This document shows positions 38,401-48,431 of a DNA stretch of 64,000 bases, in pieces (the stretch's first letter is position 1; each line of letters starts with the position of its first letter). The DNA is from Klebsormidium nitens (Eukaryota; Plantae; Klebsormidiophyceae): the NCBI GenBank assembly GCA_000708835.1, contig DF236962.1, forward strand, positions 186,001 through 250,000, read 5' to 3'. The translations under genes were made by a program, and so were the position numbers. Below the pieces are notes generated by a model. It did not search any database and was not told where the DNA came from. It saw only the letters and a program-made list of their open reading frames with translations.

Positions 38401-40451
38401 TAATGTCACCTTTTGCTCCGAGCTTCATCCCCGATTCTGGACAGGGGTTTGTGGATGCAGGCGTTTTCCTCAGGAGAGCAAATGCAGGCACTTTAGCTCC
38501 ATCAAGGATGGGGTTTGTTATTGTTGCTTGTGGCATTGACAAGCCCAGCATCATCTCTCAAGAGGCACGGACGATGCAACAGCGAATGAAGCTTGTGCAC
38601 CTCTAGAGGCATCCGCTTGACTTTAGTTGGTCGTAGTTCTTCGCTGAGGTCGTCAGATACTAGACGCTGATTGTGTCAGCGATGATTTTTTCGCTGTTGT
38701 TCAACTCGACTAATCATTACCGATTGACATTACCTGCCTCCGACTGTTAGCTATGCAAAGTACGTGGTCCTTTTCATTCTACTTCTTCGTCCTTCATTGC
38801 AGAAAAGAAAACGTGGCGGCACCCTCCCCCTCCTTTTTCGTCGTTTCATTGCTTCTAAAACCATTTGGAAGATACCTATGGCCATGGAATTCTCCATATA
38901 TTTAGAATGCTCGTTGCTTGTGGAAATGATGCTTGCTTTTCATCTAGACGGCGGGGCTATGTTGTAAAGTGCTCACAAGCTCGAGAATGATTTGCAAACC
39001 CTTTCTTCAGAAGGTCTCTGCTTCCGATTGCCAAAAACGCGATGCCTCCTGCAGGGAGGCGCAGAATTCTCTGATGGCGAATGCTGCGGGGGGGACATGG
39101 CACAATCTTTCCACAAAAAGCTATTCGTGATCAACTCCCCCCTTCGCTTTTGCGCTCTTATTGATCGGTTGGATTGGAGAAGGACGACGTCGTTTGGCAC
39201 CACCTTTCGTCATTGTTCCTCAGTCGACAAAACAATCACCATTGCTTTGTCGACTTTTATCATTGTTTCAAATCCACTAATCCCGTCAATTAGTTTGTCC
39301 GACCACCGGCTATGTTCAGCGCGTAGATCCGGCGACTGAAAGCACTCTTCCGGTTTCAGGTGTCGTCCACGGAGACAGGTGTCATTTTCGGGAACATCGT
39401 GTACGAGACCACGGGGAGCGCACTGGAGCGCAACGTGGTGGTGCTTAACGACATCCACATCGACATCATGGACTACATCTCGCCTGCCACGTGTCAAGAC
39501 GTGGCCTTCCGGAACATGTGGGCCGAGTTCGAGTGGGAAAACAAGGTGAGGCGCTTGCTCGGGCGAGCAGAGAGGCGGATCCTCCTCGGAGAGGTTGTCA
39601 AATGAGTGTTTGAAGACGGGGTCGATGAAAGTAGTTTCGTTGAGGGCCATGACATCGACACCAGGCCAAGCAGGGTCGGGCGTGAGCAACGATTTAAAGC
39701 AGACTTTTTGGTGACGGCTTTCCTTGGTGACTTTGAATGGCCAGGGAAAATCAGCCGTCAAAAGAAGGTGGGCGAAAAGTTGAATGGCGTTTGGAGCACA
39801 GACGGTGATCCTGCTGTTTCTGAGCTTGACCTCCCAAGTCTGAGAGCACATGTTTCGTCTCCCTCATACCGTGTTCTCTTTGTACAGGTTGCGGTGAACA
39901 CGTCCATCACAGAGGTTTCGCAGTTCTTGGAGCACATCGTCAACTCGACCAACATGAAGTGCTTGACGCCTCCGTGAGTGCCAGGACCGTCTCCTGTTGT
40001 CGGATCGTACTCATAAGTAGAAGTCGAAAGCGCTGGCGATTCGTGCTTCTTTTGGGCCCTGCTCTTTCAGATTTGCCTGTCGAATCGGGAGAAATGATAT
40101 TGGGGGCTTGTGTTGAACCCTCCATTTGAGGCTCCCTTACAACGGGTTCTTGTTTCTGCGATTGTCCGTTTTGCTGAGCGACAGAGTTTTGATTGACGAC
40201 GGTTTTGAGGAACTTTGTACTGATATGTGTGATCCTTTTTGATTCGTTGCAGGTCTGCTTTGGATGGGGACTGCGGCTTCTTGGCGGCGAACTTGTATGC
40301 AAAGAGTGTGTTTGGCGAAGATGCCCTGGTCAACGTGAGCGTAGAAAAGCAGCCTGATGGGAAGCTGGGTGGGTACATCCGGATTCGTAGCAAGACGCAA
40401 GGTATTGCCTTGAGTCTGGGAGACAAGATCACTCTCAAGCAGAAAGGCTAG
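32499..40451 (+). CDS. COPB1: Coatomer subunit beta (beta-COP)
   Basis: [14 protein letters not shown]...[27 protein letters not shown]; exons 32499-33410, 34055-34282, 34765-35039, 35578-35905, 36413-36721, 37370-37534 ([15 protein letters not shown]), 38055-38216, 39360-39545 ([13 protein letters not shown]), 39888-39973, 40253-40451 ([24 protein letters not shown]). Confidence 0.98.
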
Positions 40452-41701
40452 TCGCTGAGTCCAGCAATCTGGGGAGAGCAGTACTGCACCATTGAAACGG
40501 GGTCTGTTTCTTGGAATGAAGTCGAGCTCCTGCAGATATTCCATTGTTAAGCACACTGCTGCAGATTCTGCATGCATTATGAGTCATGACGGCCCGCCTC
40601 TTGAGTAATCGTGATCCAAAGTGTACACATGGGATCAGTGCCGCATGTATTGTGGTGCCTAGATCGAGTGATCCCTGTTCGCACCATGCGTTTGTCATGT
40701 CTGTTGACTTCTTGAAAAAAACATGGACGGCCGAAACATGAGACATGGAGCTTGTCTAAGATAGCTGACGTTGCAGCGTGCAGTTCAGGGCATGCGGAGT
40801 GCATCATCATATACTGTTAACTGACGACATGTATACGACCATAGGTACTTCATGTGCACATTGATCTGCAATTCAGCATGCGGGTTATACAAGATTGAGC
40901 ATACGCTTTGCAAGTTAGACTCGAACACAATAATGATCAGATCTGATCGTACGCAGCATGCATGGTTACTGTAGCTATATATCTGCATGATATAGCGTCG
41001 CTATGATGTAGATTCGTCTCAGTGTACATGGTCACAGTCAACTCTCTACACTGATCTTGAAGTCGTTTCTTTGTGCGCTCATAATTTGAAAGAACCAAAG
41101 CTTCGTAACTTACGATCGATTGGCCGCGATTCATGCTGTTTCCTGGCTATATGGACTCAAGAGCTTAGGCCGGGTTGCCTTGTTTCCAATAAACGTTTCC
41201 GGGGTGCTAAAAGAGCATAAAACTTCTACAGACTGGGTTACGTGCGACCCCATCAGTACCTGTATGTAGGAAGACGCCACGGCAGTCGGGCGTCAGTAAG
41301 ACACAGTTCTTTGAAGCCCGCGCAGCGACATTGACATAAGCAGTCCAAGAAGGTCATGAGATGCAGAAAACATGCTTCGCTCAAAATAGGGGCCTCTTGT
41401 GAACGACCCAGTGATTAGATCTGCAGAGATGATTTGAGAAGTCTTCAAGAATCTAGATTTCTCTGTCTCGTTGAGTGTTTTGGCACACCTGCAAGCCGTG
41501 GAAGCTTCTATAGTGATAAAGAACTAGAGGCTTAGAAACAAAGTCTTCGGTTGAGAGGCGATCACTGCTCTTGAGAAGGAGCGATCAATCAAACTCTGCG
41601 ACTTACCTCAGCCCTCAGCCACAAACCCCAGTGGGCTGCGGTAGACTGTCACCAGAGCGCTTTCCCTCCCAAATAACGAATGCCCTGTTCAACGGTGCAT
41701 C

Positions 41702-42499
41702 TCAGGTTTCCCCGGTGATATCTTTCCGGTCCCACGCTGCCAATCTTTCCGGCGACTCTTCCCCCTCTAGACCACGCCCTACCCACTGCCGCTCCCCCCC
41801 CCCGGAGAGAACTTCCTCCACCCAGCTTGGCGAGAAATCTTCTTCCTCAGAGTCAGCCCAGTACGTCTCGTCTGAGCCCGCCGTATTGGGGGGTCCTTCT
41901 TCCCTGGTCACGGGAACCCACCCTTCCCCACGCTCAAGGTTTGTGCTTGAGTCCCCGGGGTAACAAACGAGGTGATACGATTCAGACTCAAGGTCAAAAG
42001 AGGAGCCCAAGCTGCGTGGAGAAGTGGCCTTTTGGCTGAGCTGCTGAGGAGTGACTTTAAATTGATCGAGCCACTGCTCGAAGGAATGTTTCTTTTCTTT
42101 CAAGGGGGCCGCAAAGAGCCCTTTTCCGGAAGGAACTTGGCCGATGTCTTGGTCACGCGAACCAACACATGCAGTCAAGCGAATCTTCCTTCCTTCGCCT
42201 TCTGCCCACGTGTCAGGTCCAGATTGGACAACGTGCTCATAAGCTTGCAAGCGCAAAGAAAGCCAGCTTGGCAACGGGGATGAGATGATGACCTTTGGTC
42301 CGCAAGCAGTCGCCGGGTTGCCAGACTTGGTCCCTGCGACGGTTTCTGGCAAACCCAATAGCTGCAGAATCGTGTCATCACTAGATTTGGGAGCCCTTTT
42401 GGAGTGCCGCATGGAAGAGCGTTGACGGGGGCTCTCGCTGCTTTCCGTCTCCTCCGTTTGCTTTGCCATTCCGCTTGAGAAACAGCGCCAAAAAGGCAT
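41702..42499 (-). CDS. Hypothetical protein, probably the terminal exon of a gene extending to about 44 kb
   Basis: 265-aa open frame with an acidic C-terminus; upstream fragments with acceptor-like sites lie at 42.5-44.3 kb but could not be joined confidently. Confidence 0.35.
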   Translation of the reverse strand: MPFWRCFSSGMAKQTEETESSESPRQRSSMRHSKRAPKSSDDTILQLLGLPETVAGTKSGNPATACGPKVIISSPLPSWLSLRLQAYEHVVQSGPDTWAEGEGRKIRLTACVGSRDQDIGQVPSGKGLFAAPLKEKKHSFEQWLDQFKVTPQQLSQKATSPRSLGSSFDLESESYHLVCYPGDSSTNLERGEGWVPVTREEGPPNTAGSDETYWADSEEEDFSPSWVEEVLSGGGERQWVGRGLEGEESPERLAAWDRKDITGET

Positions 42500-45108
42500 C
42501 TCTTTTGAAAGGAACGCCTAGCTTGATCACTTCAATGTGCCTCTGACATAACGAGGAGAGCACTTGCTTGGCCTGTGGGTGGCCTTACATATCATTAAGG
42601 TGGTCCAAGCTGCAAAGATTTCGACGCGCCTCTTCCTTGCCAACGCTTCTTGCAAACGCGGCTGTCGTTACCCGTACGATATAAACGGAAAGTAAGTCCT
42701 CCTCTGCCTGCGCTTGCTCTTCTACGTGTAGAGTATCGCTGCCTAGGATGACAGAAAGGTAGGTTTGATCCTGTGAAGTCTTTCCAATCCTGCAGTCCTC
42801 CTTGCAACCACAGGCAAGGCAGCTGCAAGTTTATGGGCTTTGAGAAGTTTCCCAATCTTTCAAGCCTACGATCTGGAAGATTGGTACCAAGAAAGCCTCT
42901 TGCCTTCGATCCTAGAAAGGCAACGTATTCTAGCGGGCACTGAAAAACATCCACGCGTCGCAATCGAATGAAGTGATGCCGACGTCCGACAGTAACTGCC
43001 AGTGCTGTACTTTTACAGTTCAAAATCTGTTCAAATTCAGCGAGACAGCTGCATCAGCCCGGTTTGCTACTGTGGAACTTTAATTTATATCAGAAGCTTG
43101 AGGACGTTTAATGGCGACTGCTGCATCCGCCGTCGTTTCGATCCCCACTTGCAAGAGACAGCTGCATTCGATCAGCCCGGTTGGCTTCCTAGTATAAGGA
43201 TGACAAAGTCAAAGCTGTTCAGGGACTGAAGAAATTTAAGATGTTGCTGTGTAAACCACTGACAGTGGCAATTGAAGAGTGACTCTGGTCTGGGTGAAAG
43301 TACGGCCAGTCAACGAGAGACCAAAGCGGAAAGCAGATTCGGAACAGCGGATACTCTGGACCGTTGGATTGGTTGACGTGACAGAGCCGGTCATTGTGCC
43401 GTCATAAGGCCATCCCCCTTGCAACTTCGAAAGCAACCACGTGCACCCACTTCCGAAAGCGATGTGACCTGCGAGTAGGAAGAACGGAACGCAGTGTCTG
43501 CAACAGTTGACTCATGCTCCCTTCATCAAGGCGGCCATGTCAATATTGCAGGCTTTGTAGGAAGAGAGCCAGTCGAAGCAGAGATCTACTCTGAGGTAGG
43601 CATAGTAGAGAAAGAGACCGCTTATACCACGTTGTTTCTTGCTTCCGCGATGAACATACGCTCGACTGTTTGGACATAGTCTGCCCGAGCAGGAACTCAT
43701 AGGCTACGAATCCAAAAGAGAAATCAGAAAAGTCCTCATCAAGAACCTGGGCCGAACAGGTGCAAATGTGAGCTCGACATAACCACTTTTCCATATACAA
43801 GCAGGTTCGATATCACTAGGCGAGAGCGGCGCCAGAGCATAAAGTGCATCCACCGATCGACTTCGCCTCTCAGCTGTCTGCTCCACCAGAGAACGGTTCT
43901 GATCCGTAAGACTCTTTTCCGCTCTCCACAAAGAAATCATATGTAGGCACTTGATGCAGATTGGGGAAACCGAGTTGTGCTTCATTCCAGATGCAGCGCG
44001 AGTCTCCGCTGCAGGCAGCTCAAACTGCAGAGAAAAGTGACGTTATCATTCACTTCAGGGTCGCTTTCCCAATCTTCGCCCATAAGCGTTCTCAGTCCAG
44101 CGTTGTGCGCGAGTTTCCAGGCCGCGTAGTGGTACCGCGCGGCCGCGGCACGGGTTTAGCGATGCGGCCGCGCGTCAGGCCTTGAGCGGCCGCGGCCGCG
44201 CTCGCGGCCTGTCAAACCTCCGAGTCTGGCCCAGCGAAGTGCCGCCGCGGTGCACCTGGTCGACACGTGGCGCGTTTCGAAGCTGCGCGCGGCGCGGCTG
44301 CAAACAGTCAGCGAGGTTTAGCTTCTGGAGGAGTGACTTGAGGTTGACTTTTCAAGCTTGTCGCCGAATCTTCGTCACTTCTCATTTTGCAGATTGCAGC
44401 ACAGGCGCTTTCGTGAGGAATTTCTGACGCTCTGGTCTTGCGATTACAGGCGAAAGCTACAGCGAAGGTTTCTGCGAGAGAGTAGCGACGATCTGGACTG
44501 CTGAGAGATTCTGAGTCTGAGAGAGAAGTCCTGGAAGGAGATTTCCGAGAGAGAGGAGTTTTGAGACGCGAGAGGTTCCTCAGACGAGAGGGAGAAGCGC
44601 AAAGCACACCATTGCAGGTCTCTGCGAGAAAGCGAAACGATTCAGAGCAGGCTTGCTTTTCTGGATTTGAGGTCCACAGCGGTTGTTCAGTTATTTGAGA
44701 CAGTGACTTTGTAGACTCTTCCTTGTGTTGTTCCTTTCTATTCTCCCGCTTCGCTCTTGTGTTTTCGCCTCCTTGCTTTGCTAGTCAGACATCTTCCTTT
44801 CCATCACTAGATACTGGCACGGAGATTCTGTTCTGTTCTGCTTGTTTGTCCCACTCGGTTGATCGAAAGTGAAAGCAACAAGGGCAAGAGTAACAATACA
44901 TAACAGAAAGAACCAGTCACAAAAAGCAAAATCACCAAAAACACAAAAAAAACAGAAAACAAAGAAAAGACAAAAACAATCTCCTCTCTGCTACTTCTCA
45001 CGAAAAAACCTGTGCTCTTCCCTTTCCATTCCTGTGCTTTCTTGAGAGTACACGCCTGTTGAATGTTTCAACTTTTACACTCACCCAGAAATTTGTTCAG
45101 CACACACT

Positions 45109-46935
45109 ATGGCGTTCTCTGCTGTCTTCTCCGCCGTAGGCTCTCTCGCGTGTGCTGGCCTGTCCGCCCTTTCCCGTCCATCCTACAGGAGAAGCACTCA
45201 AGGTGCGCCTGTTGCTCTGAGATCCACTAACAGGGGCCTTGCCAGCATCCTGAGTCATCCACTTGCTGCTCGTCCCTCTGCTTTCAGGCGTCCTGTCATT
45301 TCGAGCCCTGTCAGATGTGCTCAGACGGCTTTGCTAGATCCTCTCCCGATCCCTGAGCTTGCTGTTCCTGCTCCTCTCACTGATGACGTCATCTCCCTCT
45401 CCATCTTCTCCCCTTACACAGAGTTCCAGGATACCCCCACTGCTGCACATGCTCCTGTTCAGACTGGTCCTGCCCTTGCTGACGTCACCCCTGAGTCTCT
45501 GACATCACCCCTTGACAGGGGTGCCATCCGTAGAGCGATTCTGTCCGCTGTTCCTTCCTTGCAGCGAGTCGACCTAAACACTCTGGACTCTATCGTCGAC
45601 TCCCTGCGCCTGATTTCCTTCTCCTCAGGTGACGTCATCTGCCCTAGCGAGGGCACGGGCGTCTTTGTTCTGGCTCAGGGCTCCGTCCTTAACCTCTCCG
45701 TTGAAAACCCTCTGGTTGCTGCCTCCGACTTGTATCTAAGTGCAGGACAGGGGTTTGGGGGTTTGGAGCCGTCTCGTTCTGCATTCGTCGCAGATGCTGA
45801 CGTCATGGTCCACGTCATCTCTGCAGAGGCTGTGGCGAAACTTGTACTCGCTGACATTTTTGCCTGCCCTCCCTCTGACCGTCTCTCTCTCCTCGACGAC
45901 TTGGACCTCGCAGATTTTGAGGTCGTCAGGATGCTGGGAAGGGGTTCCTTTGGTGCTGTTGCTTTGGTTAAGCACCTCCCCTCTGACCGCTTTTTCGTTC
46001 TTAAGCAGGTTATCCACCAGGACAGCCCCAACTACAGCCCCCAGAACGAGGGTCTCATGGCTGACCTCATCTCACAGACTAACCCCGTTCCCTTTGCTCC
46101 TGACACGTGTCCAGAATTCATGTCCTCTAACGCCCGCCCTTTCATCTGCCGCCACATTCAGACTTACGACCACGAGGGCACCACTTTCTTTCTCCAGGAG
46201 TTTCTTCCGGGCGGTTCTTTCTCGACTCTCCTGGACAGGATCGGTGTCCCAAGCAGCCACGTGGCGCGCGCGCGCATTTTGTCTGAGTCTGATTCCCGGT
46301 TTTATCTCGCCTGTCTCGTGCTTGCAGTGAGCCATATCCACGGCACGAGGCACATGCACCGGGACATCAAGACCGACAACTTCATGCTGGACCACCTGGG
46401 ATACGCTACCCTCATCGATAACTCTCTCGTGGTTAAGACTAACCACCGCGGCGTTGCCCGGGGATCTGCAGGGACGCTCAGCACGATGGCCCCCGAGGTC
46501 GCCAAGAGCCTGCAGTTTGGTTACTCTTTTCCAGCTGACTTCTTTTCTCTCGGCGCAGTTCTGACACGGATGATCACGGGGAGCTACCCCTACGACCACT
46601 CCGACAGGAAGCAGCTCCTGACCGCGCTCAGGGGCCCCAAACCCGTTCCAATCCCCTCTAACCTCTCCCCTGACCTGACTGACCTCATCACCCGGTTGCT
46701 TGAGAAGGACCCCGACCGCAGGATTGGCGCGGAGAGGGGCCTGCAGGAGATCCGGGACCACTCCTGGTTCCACGGCTTCGACTGGGGGGCCCTCGAGAGA
46801 AGAGAGCTGACACCCCCCTTCGTGCCGGTTATTTCCTCTCCGCAGGACTGCCAGAACCTGGGCCCGCTCGACGAGTCCCTTGAGAAGATCAAGCTGCCGA
46901 CGAGCCGTCGAGGGGCCGTTTCTGATTCTCAATGA
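45109..46935 (+). CDS. Intronless PKG-like AGC kinase with a degenerate cNMP-binding domain and a transit-peptide-like N-terminus
   Basis: Uninterrupted 608-aa ORF. The Ser/Ala/Arg-rich N-terminus ends in VRC|A. CNB-like segment ILSAVPSLQRVDLNTLDSIVDSLRLISFSSGDVI...FVLAQGSV...FGG...SRSAFVA. Kinase motifs LGRGSFGAV, VLK, HRDIKTDN, LDHLGYATLIDNS, MAPEV, and an AGC tail WFHGFDW...TPPFVPVISSPQDCQN. Confidence 0.88.
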   Translation: MAFSAVFSAVGSLACAGLSALSRPSYRRSTQGAPVALRSTNRGLASILSHPLAARPSAFRRPVISSPVRCAQTALLDPLPIPELAVPAPLTDDVISLSIFSPYTEFQDTPTAAHAPVQTGPALADVTPESLTSPLDRGAIRRAILSAVPSLQRVDLNTLDSIVDSLRLISFSSGDVICPSEGTGVFVLAQGSVLNLSVENPLVAASDLYLSAGQGFGGLEPSRSAFVADADVMVHVISAEAVAKLVLADIFACPPSDRLSLLDDLDLADFEVVRMLGRGSFGAVALVKHLPSDRFFVLKQVIHQDSPNYSPQNEGLMADLISQTNPVPFAPDTCPEFMSSNARPFICRHIQTYDHEGTTFFLQEFLPGGSFSTLLDRIGVPSSHVARARILSESDSRFYLACLVLAVSHIHGTRHMHRDIKTDNFMLDHLGYATLIDNSLVVKTNHRGVARGSAGTLSTMAPEVAKSLQFGYSFPADFFSLGAVLTRMITGSYPYDHSDRKQLLTALRGPKPVPIPSNLSPDLTDLITRLLEKDPDRRIGAERGLQEIRDHSWFHGFDWGALERRELTPPFVPVISSPQDCQNLGPLDESLEKIKLPTSRRGAVSDSQ

Positions 46936-47054
46936 CCCAGAACTTTCTGCCGAGTTGACCGACTGACAAAACGTTTTACCTGGCAGGGTGTAAAGAGAGG
47001 AGCGAAATACTCGTGACCCACCATTTGAGACGACGATCTGTCCATTGTTTTCTG

Positions 47055-47255
47055 GGACTGGTTACCGCGCATCTTCGCAGGCAGCACACTTCACAGAGGA
47101 AAAAGGAACAGTACAAAAACGTCCCACAAAAATATTTATCTATTTTCTTATTCTCTAGGACTGGTTTCGATCACCGCGCATCCCGCAGGCAGCACGTTTG
47201 ACAGAAGAAAGAGGAACAATACAAGAACGTCCAAGAAAAACATTCATCTTTTAGC
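47055..47255. repeat. Two diverged tandem copies of a ~103-bp unit downstream of the PKG-like ORF
   Basis: ggactgg...accgcgcatc...cgcaggcagcac...gaggaaca.tacaa.aacgtcc at 47055 and again at 47158. Confidence 0.75.
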
Positions 47256-48431
47256 TGTTTCCTTTCTTTCTTTTTGTGTATTCCATTTGACGTTTGCAGG
47301 TTGGAGGTACCGACTTACTCCGTGAGCCAATCAAGGAACCGCAAGTGTTTACTCTTTTTTCACAACTATCCCACGCATTCGTCTAGAAAAGCTCTTCAAA
47401 AATTGAATCGCTCAGATCGTCTTAGCAATCATGCAGTCATATGTATAGCTAGCTGCAGACTTAGATGCTGACTTGCTACATCACAGGAATACCGATAGGA
47501 ATAGGACTCCGAAATAGCTGACTAGGAATAGGAACAGCCGATCTCGCGAGGTCGACAAAATGTGCTACCTAGAAGGATAGAACACTAGGTATAGGAAATT
47601 AGAATGTAGGATAAGACCGATCAGGGACTCACTTGAGGTTATAATTTGCTATGATTTTCAGTCGATCGATGAAAAGATTGTCGAGACGAAATTTGCCGTC
47701 GCGACTCTCATATAACAAACAGCTTTGCTCGTAAGCATTCTAGCTGCCGACCGATTTCCGACTTCGTATGTCAAGCACAGAGGCCTTGCATGACTGTTTC
47801 CGAGGCGATGGCTGCATATGTTAAACGTTGTACACGGAGTCAGCTCTTGTGTGCATGTGCATGTGAGACAGTACTTTCCCGCCGTATCCGAAATCTCATA
47901 CTTAGTAGTGCATGTATCAATCGTCGACAGGCCGCGCTCTCACTTCGACGCGACGGTCACTCATCACATCTTCATGAGCAAACAATGTCGAAGTGAGCGC
48001 GCTCGTTCATGCGCGGTTGCATTCAATTCATGGCCATCCTTATCACAATCGCTGCAATCCTCGGTGCCTTTCCTTTGGAAGGCGGAGCTTGTCAAGAAAG
48101 ATGATTTAGCAATCTATCATGACCTTTGTCATGTAAACGACTTCGAGATTCGTGGTCTTTCAAATACAAGCATGCGCTGGCTTCCCGGTAGACAACTCAG
48201 AAAACTTCTAACTGCAAGACGGGCAGCTTGAAGACGGCAAGTCTAGCAACGAAGACTTCGACTTTGTCCTCATCCAACAAGAGCGACTCTAAGCTCTATC
48301 GCTCTCCCGCTCTGACGAATCGAGGCCCTGTTCGTTCGGGTGTCGTTGATTGAATCGGTTTGCCCTGTCCATAGGCGAGTCGCGAATTGCTTGTTCGCTG
48401 ATAAGAAGTTGGCTTCAATCATGCCATAAGG

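Noticed and set aside
44308-44607. 99-aa Ser/Arg-rich minus-strand ORF
   Set aside because: It arises from a TC-rich tract more typical of a 5' UTR, and I could not splice it to downstream exons.
46072-46932. 286-aa antisense ORF over the PKG-like kinase
   Set aside because: It is an antisense shadow of a biased coding frame, with no independent motifs.
44715-47240. Weak inverted similarity between flanks of the PKG-like gene (cttgtgttgttcctttc versus reverse complement near 47200-47230)
   Set aside because: Short, low-complexity and gapped; not enough for a TIR call.
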